From the human T2T-CHM13v2.0 reference genome, Homo sapiens, in the NCBI RefSeq assembly GCF_009914755.1, contig NC_060930.1: a stretch of DNA of 64,000 bases; one strand, given 5' to 3'. Shown one piece after another: positions 13,071 through 26,817 of this stretch. Numbering within the stretch: position 1 is the first letter of the stretch; the number at the start of each line of letters is the position of its first letter. The position numbers and the translations under genes were made by a program. Under the pieces are notes generated by a model. That model was not told the origin of the DNA and ran no database searches. It worked only from the letters and a program-made list of their open reading frames with translations.

Positions 13071-13579
13071 CCTGTGGAGTCCATGATGTGGGGAGGTAGT
13101 GTGCTACAATATTGCTGCCTGAGAAGCCTCTTTTCTTATCTGAATCAACTGAGTTTGATAATTTTAGTGATTAAGGTAATATTTTAATGATTTTTGAAAT
13201 TTGGGTAAATCTTGTGGCATTGATTTATAATTGAATATATGAATTTAGTAAACACTTGTTTTATTTTAATTTTGTTGTCAGTTTTGAGATTTTTTTCTTC
13301 CTTCAAGTATATAGTAGACCAGTTTTATAAATTAATTGCATTACCTAGGCAGTTTTCTCCATTTCGTTTTGACTGTCTCCATTTTCACTGATTGTAAGAT
13401 GGCTAAGAAGTAAAGAAGATGAAAGAGATGGAAGAGGTTTTAAATAACTTGCATTTCACTAGATGAAAATTCGATGTGTGTATCCCTGCTCTTCAAAATA
13501 TTCTTATAGAGAAAAGAAAACAGACAGCACTTTTACTGTTTTGACTGCTTCGGAAATTAGAATGAGCAAAACAATGATT

Positions 13580-14142
13580 CTTTCTTTTTTAAAAAATAAA
13601 TTATTGTGGTAAGAATATTTAACATTAAATCTACATTCTTACCAAATTTTTAAATGTACAATGCAATATTGTTAATGTTAGGCATCATATTGTACAGTAG
13701 ATCTCTTGAACTTATTCATCTTGCATAACTGAAACTTTATGCCCATTTATTGCAACTATCCACTTCCTCCTCCCCTCCAGCCAGTGGCAACCAATATTGT
13801 ACTTTCATTTCTATAAATCTGATTATTCTAGGTACCTCATATGAGTGCACTCATTTAGCATTTGTCCTTCTGTGACTGGCTTATTTCACTTAGCATAATA
13901 TCCTCACGGTTCATTTATATTGTCCCATGTTATAAAATTTCCTTCTTTTTAAAGGCTGAATAATATTTTGTTACATATATATACCATATTTCCTTTATCC
14001 AGTCATCCATTAATGGACAGCTAAGTTGCTTCTAAATCGTGGCTGTTGTGAATAGTGCTGCAGTGAACGTGAGAATGCTAATGTCTTATCACAATTCAAA
14101 TTTCATTTTTTTTTTGTTAATTACCCAGAGATGGTTTTGCTG
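13580..14142 (-). mobile_element. L1MA9/L1MB-like 3' end
   Basis: ttattgtggtaagaatatttaacattaaatctac...gtacagtagatctcttgaacttattcatcttgcataactgaaac...ttgtccttctgtgactggcttatttcacttagcataat. Confidence 0.88.
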
Positions 14143-14604
14143 CTGACATTCTTTTTTTTTTTCCCTGTTAGGTAGCCTTAAACTGTAAGACTATTTGTGC
14201 TACCAATACAGTAACTAATTTAATGTGTGGATATTTATATGTATAAATTTTTACTTCCAGAACACATAATTTTTATATACACTTGAATAAAACACCTTAC
14301 TAAAACATTCTTCTGCTTTAAGTAAAGCACTCCCCAAAAATGGCATTTTTATTTTTTACAGATATGCAACATGTGAAACTTAAAATATTATCTGAGAGAG
14401 AGAGACAAGCAGGATCTTTTATTCCATTAAGACTTATATTTAAACATATTCTCCTGTTAGTGTTTAAAATACTATGAGGTGATAGGTCATAACTTAATTT
14501 TACCATTTCACAAAGCCAAGCAGATACACAATTCTTCACAAGCTGTTAGTGGACTTTCATACAGCTTAACCAGCCCACTCAGGAACAATATATTCCAGCT
14601 CAGC

Positions 14605-14668
14605 ACATCTCAAATTTTAATATGCACAAAAATCTCCTGAGGATCTTGGTAAAAGGTAGATATCCACT
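14605..14668. mobile_element. MER5A (hAT-Charlie) fragment
   Basis: tctcaaattttaatatgcacaaaaatctcctgaggatcttggtaaaaggtagat. Confidence 0.55.
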
Positions 14669-14908
14669 GACAGTAAGAGAGATGGTTAAGAAGTCAGTGA
14701 ATAAGGATAAGAGATGGAAGAGGTGTTACCTATTTAGATAGCTTCACAATTTCTCATTTTCATGTGTTCTATTTACTTTTTGTAGATGATAACTTAAAAA
14801 TGTAAGCTAATTATTTACTTTAAAAATACTCTTTTTCTTCTTGCCAGTTTGGTTCTTTTATTTAATCTTCAGATATAAACTCGCTAAAGATTTAAGAGGA
14901 ACAATTTA

Positions 14909-15108
14909 TCATATTTCATCAATTCAAAGACATATGTTTTCATATTTTAACTTCTCCGAAATGATGCTGAGTCTTACAATTGATGGCATTTTACAATGCA
15001 ATTTATAACATTTTTTCTTTTCTTTTTTCTTTTAAACCTTCTTTATTTTCATGACTTGGGCGCCATGCTTCTTACAGTCCATGGGATCCTAGATTCTAAG
15101 AAAAATGG
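14909..15108. mobile_element. MER104-like TcMar DNA transposon (MITE)
   Basis: Imperfect TIRs tcatatttcatcaattcaaagac / cctagattctaagaaaaatgg; internal motif cttacaattgatggcattttacaat. Confidence 0.7.
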
Positions 15109-16778
15109 TTGCTGATGACTGTCTCCTTCATGTCACTGATCAGCTACTCTGCAGGAGAGCAGCTTGAGCTTTGATAGCTAAGTGTAGCAGATGATTTCCT
15201 GGATTCTGCTACAAGAAGTTGTTGAGCAGTACTAATACCATGCTGGTTATAAAATGTCAAAAGGACAAAGATCTCATTTAGCCTTCTGCATAGACTATTC
15301 TTCTAGGGCCACAGGGAATAATCAAGGATCTGAAAACTCAATAAAGGTTTTCTTCTTGATGTTCCTGCTTGAGACTCTGCTGCAAATGCAACTTACACTG
15401 AATGGACAAGGGGATCAGTGGCCGACATTTCTCTTTGTCTAGGAATGGCTGGTGGTTATTCCTCTGCTGAACACACATTTGAAAAACATTTGAAGACATT
15501 TTTGGACTTCCATAATAAAATCTTCTCTGTTATGTTAGGGGAGGGGGAGCTGAAAGACAATGAAGAGTCTCTTTCTTTTCATCAACCAGTGTAGTTCAGG
15601 AGGAAGAATTTTGCAGATATTCATGTTTTTAAAAATTAAAACAAATAAAAAACAAAACAACTTAATAGTCCTATGAGTAATATAAGACAAGTATTTAAAC
15701 TTAAAATGAGCAATTTTAGAAAATTACTGCTTATTTTTTAATTTATGATTTCTTATCACATTTGGCATTTTCAAGCTGTGTTTGTTGAGCATTTCTACAC
15801 ACTACGAGTAATCAATCTTAGCCACTATCCTTCTGAAAAACCACTGGTGACATTTTAAGACTTTGTATGTTCCTTACAAAAATAAAAGACATAAAACTTG
15901 AAGGACATATTACATGTTCCTTTACTCCCAAGAGCACATATAAATAGATGCTCTGAATTCGCTGAATTGGTTTTGTTTCCTGAGAAGGGCAAACTAGGCC
16001 TTTATTAAATGCTGTTTTTAAGATCATCTGTCATTATTGGTCATAACAGTATTTCAGCTCACTCTTAAGTTAAGAGAAAGTAATAGCCTAATAGTCTTGG
16101 CACCAAAAGTGACATTGTGGTTTAGGGAGATAAAGCAAAAATGTTTTAATGATAAGCTAGAACTGTATACTCCCATGCATAAAAGAACTGTAGCTTATAT
16201 TTTAAAGTAACAATTTGATAATAAGGAAAAGTAAGCAGCAATTAACTGTCAAATATAAGTAAACCTCAGAAGCTATTTAAAATTTCCTTAAAATAATCTG
16301 AGCCTGCAATCAAATTTAAGAAAGATTTAATTCCCAGACTTGTTTGTTCACAATTACTGTTTTTTCAACTTAATGCATAGTTTACTGTATTAATCCTTTC
16401 TCTTACCCTATTATTCATACCACAGTCTTAAATTTTAATGGAAGGACTTCTTTTCATGTAGAAGATGCACTCTTTATTTTCCCGTAGATACAAAACGATT
16501 GTGCAAGACCAGTCACTAAAACAAAAGGAAATCCAGTGGCAATTCTGAAAGTCAATTTTCAGTTTTGTACAACTATGTAGTAATGTAAATAATTGATGCT
16601 TTTGTGGTTTTCCTTGTTCAACCTTATACTCAGCTTAATTAAAACCCTGCTATTACTAATTGAGAAACTATCACTTATTTGTTCAAACTTCCCTAACTGA
16701 GCCCTCTATTAATTTGTTAGTAAGAACACTAGCATCTGGAGTAGTATCTCATAGCTGTTGCACTTAGAGAAGAATCTT

Positions 16779-17117
16779 ATTTTTTAAATTTTCTCTACTT
16801 TTATTCTAGGTTCAGGGAGTACATGTGCAGATTTGTTACATGGGTCAATTTTGTGTCACTAAGGTTTGGTGTACAAATGAAAGCATAGAACCGAATAGTT
16901 TTTCAACCGATGTTTCCCTCCCACCCTCCCATGTCAATCAGTCCACAGTGTCTATCATTCCCATCTTTGTGTCCACATGTATTCAATGTTTAGCTCCTGA
17001 TTATAAGTGAGAACATGTGGTTTCTGGTTTTCTCTTCCTGCATTAGTTTGCTTAGCATAATAGCTTCCAGCTACCTCCATGTTGCTTGCAAAGGACATGA
17101 TTCTGTTACTTTGTGGG
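16779..17117 (-). mobile_element. 5'-truncated L1 3' end (L1PA16-like) with 8-bp TSD
   Basis: ttttattctaggttcagggagtacatgtgcagatttgttacatggg...aagtgagaacatgtgg; TSD agaatctt at 16771-16778 and 17118-17125. Confidence 0.88.
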
Positions 17118-17257
17118 AGAATCTTTAAAGTTAAGAAAGTATTTAAAATTTCTTCAAGATTTAAAATTCTGCTATGTTTCAAGATTAAAACATTTAAGCA
17201 CTTTGAGTATGTGTGAATACATGTGCATATTTTGATTTTTCATATTATTTCATATTC

Positions 17258-17351
17258 CATACGTATTCTGAGAGTCCAATTGTGATGGAAAACTAGTATT
17301 GTATTCCGAAATTCATATGTATTCTGAGAGTCCAGTTGTGATGGGAGACTA
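17258..17351 (+). repeat. Local direct duplication, 38-bp unit, 56-bp spacing
   Basis: catacgtattctgagagtccaattgtgatggaaaacta (17258-17295) vs catatgtattctgagagtccagttgtgatgggagacta (17314-17351), 34/38 identical. Confidence 0.9.
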
Positions 17352-18155
17352 TTTTTAAATGTAACATTAAAAAATATGTATGTCTTACTCTTGAAGTTAC
17401 AGTGGGAAAATTTCCAGATTCATAAGGACCTTGGTTTATAAATAAAAAGTGAGTGACAGTGGAAACTGCCTTTCCTCTTCACACCATGAGAATTTTCTAG
17501 GGTGCGATTGAGCTAAGGATAGAGAATTTTTTCTGCTAAATGCTGGACAGAGAGAGCCTGCTTTGTATTCATTCCTGTTATCCATTCATCCTACAATGGA
17601 GGGAAATAAAATACTAGAATGCTGCTCTAAATTTATCTGTGTCTCTCCCAAATAGTTACATGTCACAGGTAAATTTATTTGAGAGTTTATTTGCTTAACA
17701 TATTAACCATTTGGAACATCTCTGATTGGTTAAAAAGACCGATCTTCATTGATCGAATTGTTTTTAACACACTTTTATGCTTTGTTTTTCCTATATATTG
17801 TCAGGTTCTTCCTAAATAGATCTTATCTTTCATTTTGTCTAATAGCTGGAAAGTAAGATTCAGAAAGCAAATCTAATTTGTCCTAAAATTATGTTTTTTG
17901 ATGCTTTTACATGTCTTGAGGTTTATGTTCAAATGTGTTAGGGAGTCTACCTCCTAGTCCTTCATGAATATGTTCAAATTTGGCAACACAGGAAAAGCAG
18001 CAGATTGTTTATTAAGTCATTTGTTACAATAAACGAATCACTTTTTTCCAAATATTGAAATATTACCCCAGGCATTTCCAACTTCGTAAACTACAACAAA
18101 GTGATTGAGAATAGCTGTGATACATCTGGAAAGTGTTTCATTAAAATAAGGCATG

Positions 18156-18196
<41 letters not shown>

Positions 18197-18217
18197 AGAA
18201 AGAGAGAGAGAGAGAGA
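18156..18217. repeat. (CA)n(GA)n compound microsatellite
   Basis: Directly visible. Confidence 0.95.
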
Positions 18218-21200
18218 ATTACCATGTGACAAATAGGACAATCTCAGGGAACATCAGAAAAAGAAAAACTTCTGGGGGTTTCCACCTAGGCTCACTTAAG
18301 TAAATTTTTGCTGCCTCTCTTTTGGACATGCAAAGTGGGAAGGAGAGGAGGAGGTAGAGGAAGATGATCAAATAGAAGCCTCCATTAATTGTCCTCCCTA
18401 TAGAAGCACCACATTTATATCTACACAAAAAATACATTCATAAGAATCACATATCAGGTAAGCGATAACAGTGCCTGATTTTAACTTCATATCACTGAAA
18501 GAGGCACTAAAGGGAGTAGGAAAGAGCGTTGAACTTCCAACACCACTCCTCCCTCACCCAGCTCCCCTGCACCTGACAGTGGCCAGGTGGCACAGAGAAA
18601 GAATCTGTACACTCCGGGGAGGAAGAATGCAGTAACTGTGGGACTTTACACTGGAACTCAGTGCTGCCAAAACTGAGGAGAACTCAGACAACATGTGTGC
18701 AGGGACTATTTAGACTAATCCCAGCCAGAGGGCAATTGCCCATCCTAGCAGTCAGGCAGAACCTGAGTGTTGTCAAGTCTTGCTACTGTGGGCTAAAGTG
18801 CTCTGGGGTGCTACATAAACTTGAAAGGCAGTCTAAGCAGCAAGGATTATAACTCCTAGGCAAGTCCTAGTGCTGTTCTGGGCACAGAACCAGTGGACTT
18901 GAGGGGCCGCCAACTTAGTGAGACAACAGCTGGGGTGGCTAAAGGAGTACTTGCATCATTTTTCCCCAATCTCAGGAAGCACAATTCACAACTCCAAAGC
19001 AGACCCCTTCTTTCCACTTGAGGCAGGAGAGGAAACAGTAAAATGACTCTGCTTTGAAACTTGGATACCAACTCAACAGCAGAAGGATAGGGTACAGGGC
19101 AGAGTCATGAGGCCTTTATTCCAGTCTCTAGGGTCTGGAAAATATATCTAGACACACCTTGTCCAGAAGGGAACCTACTGCCCTGAAGGGAAGGACCAAG
19201 TCCCAGCAGGATTCCCCACCTGATGACTAAGGAGCCCTTGGGCTCTGAATAATTAGCAGCAGTAACTAGGTAGTACATGCCATGTGCCTTGGATGAAATT
19301 CTGAGATGTGCTGGATTCAGGTGTGACCTAGCACATTCACAGCTGTGGTGGCTATGGGAAGAGACTCCTTTTTCTTGTAAAAAGGTGAAGGAAATTAAAG
19401 GGGACTTTGTCTTGCAGCTTAGGTACCAGCTTGGCCAAAGTGGAGAAGAGCACCGAGAAGTTACTTGGGGACACTGATTCTAGGCCTTGGTTCTTGAATG
19501 GCATTTCTGTGCTTACCCTGAACTGTAGGGGAGTCCATTGCCCTGATGAGTGAGTCCTAGGTGTGGCAGCATTCACCAAAAACTAACTGACGAGGCCTTG
19601 GGGCTTAAGTGAACATCAGTGGTAGCCTGGCTGTACTCACCAGGGGCCTGTGGTGGTATGAATATGGAGAGAGACTCCTCTGCTTGGAGAAAAGGGAGAG
19701 AAGAGTGGGAAGAAGTGCATCTTGCGGTTTTGGTGCCAGCATAGCTGCAGGCGAATAAAGAACCAGGTAAATATCTAAGGTTTCTCACCCTAGGCCCTAG
19801 CTCCTAGACAGGATCTCTGGACCCACCTGGGTGTGGGGGAGCTCACTGCCCTAAAAGAAAAGACACAAGCCAGGCTGGCACTGCCACTTTATGATTGTAG
19901 AGTCCTAGAGCCTTCAATGAAGATAGGTGGTATCTAGGTAGTGGTTACACTGTGCCTTGGGCAAGACCCAGTGCTGTGCAAGCTTTAGGTCAGACCTAGT
20001 GCAGTCCCAGTAGTGGTGGACACAGGGGTGGTTCTGTCACCCCTCTCCCAGCCCCAGACAGCTCAGCACAGAGAAAGAAAGAGAGATTTCATTTTTTGGG
20101 GAGAAAGTAAGGGAAGACAACAAGTGTCTCTACCTGGTAATCCAGATAATTCTTCTGGAACTTAACAAAGACCATAAAGGCCATACCTCTGTGATGCTGC
20201 AGGAACTCCAGTGTTACTGGGGTTGGAGTGCCCCCTAATGCAGATATAGCTGCAGTGACTAAAACCTTAGCTCTCAACACCCAAGTGCCTTTGAATACCT
20301 GAAAAACTATCCCAACAAGAATGGGTAAAGACAAGCCCAGTCTATGAGAAGTACAATAAATACCTAACTTTTAAATGACTAGACACTGACAAACATACAC
20401 AAACATCATGAACATGCAGGAAAACATGACCTTACCACATGAACTAAATAAGTCACTGGGAACAAATCCTGGAAAGACAGAGCTAGGTGACCTGTTAGAG
20501 AATGCAAAACGGCTGCTTTAGAAAACTCAAAGAAATTCAAGATACCACAGAGAAGGAATGAACAACTCCATCAAAAAAATTTAACAAAGACAGGGAAATA
20601 TTTTACAAGAATCCAGAAAAAATTATGGAGTTGAAAAATGCAATTGACATAATTAAGAATGCATCAGGATCTCTTAATAGCAGCAGTAATCAAGCAGAAA
20701 AAGAATTAGTGAGCTTGAAGACAGGCAATTTGAAAATACTCAAGGGAGGCAAAAGAAAAAAGAATAAAAAAGAACAAAGTGTGCCTACCAGATCTAGAAA
20801 ATAGCCCTAAAAAAGTTATTATCTAGCCTCAAAAGAGTTAATGGCCTTAAAGAGGAGGTAGAGATTAAGATGGCAGAGAAAGTCTATTCAAATGAATAAT
20901 AGCAGACAACTTCCCAGACCTAGAGAAAGATATCAATATCCAAGAACAAGCAGGTTATAGAACACCAAGACGATTTAACCCACAGAAGCCTACCTCAAGC
21001 TATTTAATATTTAAACTCCCAAAGTTCAAGGGGAAAAAAAGAAGCCTAAAAGCAGCAAGAGAAAAGAAACAAATAGCATGCAATGGAGCTCCATTACATC
21101 TGACAGGAGACACCTTACCGGCCAGTGGAGAGTGGCATGTCACATTTAAAGTGCTGAAGGAATAAAATTTTTACCCTAAAATAGTACATCTGGTGAAAAT

Positions 21201-24200
21201 ATCCTTCAACCATGAAGAAGAAATGAAGACTTTCTCAGACAAAGGAAAGCTGAGGGTTTTTATCAACACCAGACCTGTCCCATAAGGAATGCTGAAGGCA
21301 ATATTTTAATCAGAAAGAAAAGAATGTAAGTGAACAATAAGAAATCGTCTGAAGGTACCAAACTCACTGGTAATAGTATGTGCACAGAATATCACAGAAT
21401 ATAATACTGTAATTGTGGTGCGTAAACTCATATCTTAAGTACAAAGATGAAATAAAGAATTGATCAAAAATAATAGCTACGAGAACTTTTCAAGAAAGGA
21501 ACTACAGCAAGATATAAACAGAAAGAGCAAAGAATTAAAAAATAGGGAGACGAAGTTGAAGTGTAGAGTTTTATTAGTTTTCTCTTGCTTGTCTGTTGTT
21601 TTATTTGTTTGGTTATGTAATCAGTGTTAAGTTGCCATCAGTTTAAAATAATGGGTTATCAGATAGTATTTGCAAACCTCCTAGTAACCTCTAATCTAAA
21701 AACATACAATGGATACAAAAAAAAAAAGCAAGAAATTGAAACATACTACCAGAGAAAATCATCTTCACTAGAAGGAAGACAGGAAGAAGGAAAAGAAAAA
21801 AAGACGACTACAAGTATCTAGGAAACAAATAATAGAATGGTAGGAGTAAGTCCTTTCTTATCAATAATAACATTGAATATAAATTGACTAAATTCTCTAA
21901 TGAAAATGTACATTGACTGAATGAATTAAAAATTATACCAAACAATCTGTTGCCTACAAGAAACATACTTCCCTTATAAAGACCCAGATAGCCTGAATAT
22001 AAAGGGGAAGGACAAGATACTTCATGCCAATGGAAACCAAAAAAAGAGCAGTAGCTATACTTGTATAAGACAAAATAGATTTCAGACAAAAACAACAAAA
22101 AGAGACAAAGAAGGCCATTATGTAATGATAAAGGGGTCAAATCAGCAAAACGATTTAACAATTATAAATATATTTGCACCTACCACTGGAGCTCCCAGAT
22201 ATAAAAAGCAAAAGTTATTAGAGCTAAAGAGAGAGTTAGACAAAAGGAATTTTGGAAACCACACAAACAAATGGAAATAAAACAAAATGCTCCTGAATGA
22301 CCAGTGGGGTCAATGAAGAAAGTAAGAAGAAAATTGAAAGTTTTCATTAAACAAATGGTAATGAAAACACAACCTACCAAAATCCATGGGATACAGCAAA
22401 AGTAGTACAAAGAGGGAAGTTTATAGCTGTAAGTGCCTACATCAAAGAAGAATATAAACTTCAAATAAACAGCTTAATGATGCATCTTAAAAAAATTAGA
22501 AAAACAAGAGCAAACCAAACCCAAAATTAGTAGAAAAAAATAATAAAAATGAGAAAAGAAATAAATGAAATTGAACTGAAGAAAACAATACAAAAGATCA
22601 ATAAGCAAAAAAAGTTCTTTTGAAAAGATAAACAAAATTGACAAAACTTTAGCCAGATTAACTAAGAAAAAGAGAGAACACCCAAATAAATAATATCAGA
22701 GATGAAAAAGAAGACATTACAACCAATACTGCAGAAATTCAAAGAATCATTGTAGACTACTATGAGCAACTATATACCAATAAATTAGGCAATCCAGAAG
22801 AAATGAATAAATTCCTAGACACATACAACCTACAAACAGTTCCATGAAACAAATCAAAACCTTATAACAAGTAACAAGATCCAAGCCATAATCAAATGTC
22901 TCCCAGCAAAGAATAGCACAGCACCTGATGGCTTCACTAATACATTTTACCAAACATGTAAAGAACTACTACCAATCCTATTAAAACTAATCCAAGAAAT
23001 AGAGACAAAGGAAAAACTTCCAAACTCATCGTATGGGGCCAGTATGATTCTGTTACCAAAAGCAAAGATACATTAAAAAAAAAAAAGAAAGAAAGAAAAA
23101 GAAAAAAGAAAACTACAGGCCAATTATCTCTGATGAACATCGATGCAAAAATCCTCAATCAAATATCAGCAAACTGAATTCAACAATGCATTAAAAAGAT
23201 CATTATTCATGACCAAGTGGGATTTACCCCAAGGATGATGGTTCAGCATAAGTAAATTAATCCATGTGATACATTTTATCAACAGAATGAAAGACAAAAA
23301 TCATATGATCATTTCAATTAATGCTGTGAAAGCATTTGATGAAATTCAACATTTTTTTCATGATAAAACCCCTCAAAATACTTGGTATACAAGGAACATA
23401 CCTTAACAGAATAAAAGCCATATATGACAGACCCACAGTTAGTATCACACTGAATGGGGAAAAAACTGAAAGTCTTTCCCTTAAAATGTGGAACACAACA
23501 AGGATGACCACTTTCAACATTGTTTTTTAACATAGTACTCGAAGTCCTAACTAAAGAAATCAGAAAGAGAAATAAATAAAGTGAATTCAAATTGGAAAAG
23601 AAGTCAAATTATCCTTGTTTACAAATTATATGATCTTATGTTTGGAAAAACCTAAAGACTCCATCAAAAAACTATTAGAACTGATAAATTCAGAAATGTC
23701 ACAGGATACAAAATCAACATACAATAATCAGTAGCATTTCTATATGCCAAAAGCAAAAATCTGAAAAAGATCAAGAAAATAATCCCATTTACAATAGCTA
23801 CAAATAAAATTATGTACCTAAAAATTAACAAACCAAAGTAGTGGAAGTTCTCTACAATGAAAATATAAAACACTGATAAAAGAAATTAAAGAGGACACAA
23901 AAATATTGGCATTATATTCTGTGTTCATAGACTGGAAGAATCAATATTGTTAAAATGTCCATAGTACCCAAAGCAACCTACAGATTCATTGTAATTCATG
24001 TCAAAATACCAATGACATTCTTTACAGAAATAGAAAGAAAAATTCTAAAATTTAGATGAAAGTAGAAAAGCTCCAGAATAGCCAAAGCTATGCTGAGCAA
24101 AAAGAACAAGACTGGAGGCATTACATTACCTGACTTTGAATTATACTACAGAGGTATACTAACCAAATCAGCATGCTACTGGCATAAACACAGACACACA

Positions 24201-24214
24201 GACCAATGGAACAG

Positions 24215-24736
24215 GTGACAATAGTCAATAATAACTTAATTGTACATTTTAAAATAATCTTAAGAGTATAATTGGGTCAGGCAAGGTGGCTTACACCTGT
24301 AATCCCAGCACTGTGGGAGTCTGAGGCAGATGCATCACTTGAGCCCAGGGGTTTGAGACCAGCCTGGGCAACCTGGTAAAACCCTCTCTCTACTCCAAAT
24401 ACAAAAACAATTAGCTGGGAATGTTGGCACATACCTGTAGTCTCATCTAATCAGGAGGTTGAGGTGTGAGAATCACCTAAGCTCAGGAGGTCGAGGCTAC
24501 AGTGAGCCATGGTTGAGCCACTGTACTCCAGCCTGGGTGACAGAGTGAAACCCCATCTCAAAAAAAAAAAAAAAATGTAATGGGACAGTTTTTCACTCAA
24601 AGGATAAATGCTTGAGGAGATAGATACCCTATTCTCAATGATGTGCTAATTTCACATTGCATGCCTCTATCAAAATATCTCAAGTACTTCATAAATATAT
24701 GCACCTAGTATGTACCCACAAAAAATTTTTTAAAAA
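24215..24736 (+). mobile_element. Second L1MA 3'-terminal fragment inserted in ORF2 of the large L1MA, itself split by an Alu
   Basis: gtgacaatagtcaataataacttaattgtacattttaaaataa...gcttgaggagatagataccc...tatgtacccacaaaaaattttttaaaaa parallels the 3' ends at 12150-12370 and 26362-26880. Confidence 0.88.
24275..24575 (+). mobile_element. AluJ (Jb-like)
   Basis: ggtcaggcaaggtggcttacacctgtaatcccagc...cacttgagcccagg...ggaggtcgaggctacagtgagcc...poly-A. Confidence 0.93.
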
Positions 24737-25579
24737 GTCCATGCACCTAAACAGTAAGTTTATTTTCTACAATGGTTCCAAGAGCATACATTGGGAATAG
24801 GACAATCCCTTCAATAAACGATGCTGGGAAAACTGGATATTCATATACAGAAGAATGAAACTAGATCCTTATGTTTTGCCACATATAAAAAGAAAATCAA
24901 AAATGGATGAAAGACTTACATCTGAGGCCTCAAATTATGAAAGAAAAATGGATAAAAGACTTACATCTAAGACCTCAGACAAGAAAATATTGGGGAAACT
25001 CCTCTTCAGGACTGGGCAAAGATTTCTTGAGTAATACCCCACAAACACAGGCAACTAAAGCAAAAATAGACAAATGAGATCACATGAGGTTAAGTTTCTG
25101 CATGGCAAAGGGAACAATCAACAAAGAGATAACCCACAGAATGGGAGAAAACATTTTCAAACTATCCATCTGACAAGGGATTAATAACCAGAATATATAA
25201 GGAGCTCAAACAATTCCATAGGGAAAACTTTAATAATTCGATTAAAAAATGGGAAAAAGATCTGAATACACATTTATAAGAAGAAGACATACAAATGACA
25301 AACAGGTATATGAAAAAGTGCTCAACATCATTGACCATCAGAGAAATGCAACTCAAAATCACAATGAAATATTATCTCACCCTGGTTAAAATGGCGCTTA
25401 TCAATGAGACAGGCAATAAGGAATGTAAGAATGTGGAGAAAAGGGAACCCTTGCATACTCTGGGTGGGAATGTAAATTATTACAAACACTAGGGAGAACA
25501 GTTTGGAGGTTCCTCACATAACTAAAAATAGAAATACCATCTGATCTCATAATCCAACTTCTAGGTATACACTCAAAAG

Positions 25580-25923
25580 CAGTGGTCCCCAACCTTTTTG
25601 GCACCAGGGACTGGTCTTGTGGAAGACAATTTTTCCACGGATGAGGGTAGAGGTGGGAGATGGTATGGTTTTGGGATGACTTTGCTCCACCTCAGGCATT
25701 AGCATTAGATTCTCATAGAGGTTGCACAACCTAGATCCCTCCATACTCAGTTCACAAGTGGGTTCCAGCTCCTATGAGAATCTAATGCCACCACTGATCT
25801 GACAGGAGGTGGAGTTCAGGCTGTAATGCTGGCTTGCCAGCCACTCACCTCCTGCTGTGTGACCTGGTTCCTAACAGGCAACAGACTTGTACCTGTCCAC
25901 AGCCCGGGGGTTGGGGACTCCAG
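25580..25923 (+). mobile_element. MER1B (hAT-Charlie) DNA transposon nested in L1MA
   Basis: TIRs cagtggtccccaacc / ggttggggactccag; internal gctcctatgagaatctaatgcc...gatctgacaggagg; degenerate 8-bp TSD ctcaaaag/tcctaaag. Confidence 0.92.
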
Positions 25924-26408
25924 TCCTAAAGGAAAGATATTGAGATATTGAAGAGATATCTACACACCCATATTTATTCCAGTACTATTCACAATAGCCA
26001 AGATTTGGAAGCAATCTAAGTGTCCATCAACTGAGGAATGGATTAAAAAATGTGATACATATACACAATGGAATACTATTTAGCCTTAAAAAATAACAAG
26101 ATCTTGTCATTTTCAACAACATGATTGGAACTAGAGGTCATTAATTTAAATGAAATAAGCCAGTCATAGACAGAAAAACTGCATGTTATCACTTATTTGT
26201 GAAAGCTAAATATTGAAACAATTGAACTCATGGAGATAGAAAAATGATAGTTACCAGAGACTGGGAAGTGTAGTGGGGATTGGAGGAGAAGTAGGGATGT
26301 TTAATGGGTACAAAAAATAGTTAAAATAATGAATAAGATTCAGTATTCGATAGCATAACAAGGTGACTATAGTCAATAATAATTTAATTGTGCATTTAAA
26401 AATAACTA

Positions 26409-26817
<409 letters not shown>

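Noticed and set aside
19150-19900. Three imperfect ~330-bp repeats (ctgccctgaaggg motifs at ~19178, ~19538, ~19846)
   Set aside because: Internal repeat structure of the old L1M1-type 5' UTR, not an independent element
24899-24980. ~35-bp tandem duplication aaaatggat.aaagacttacatct.ag.cctca inside L1MA
   Set aside because: Ordinary local slippage in decayed L1
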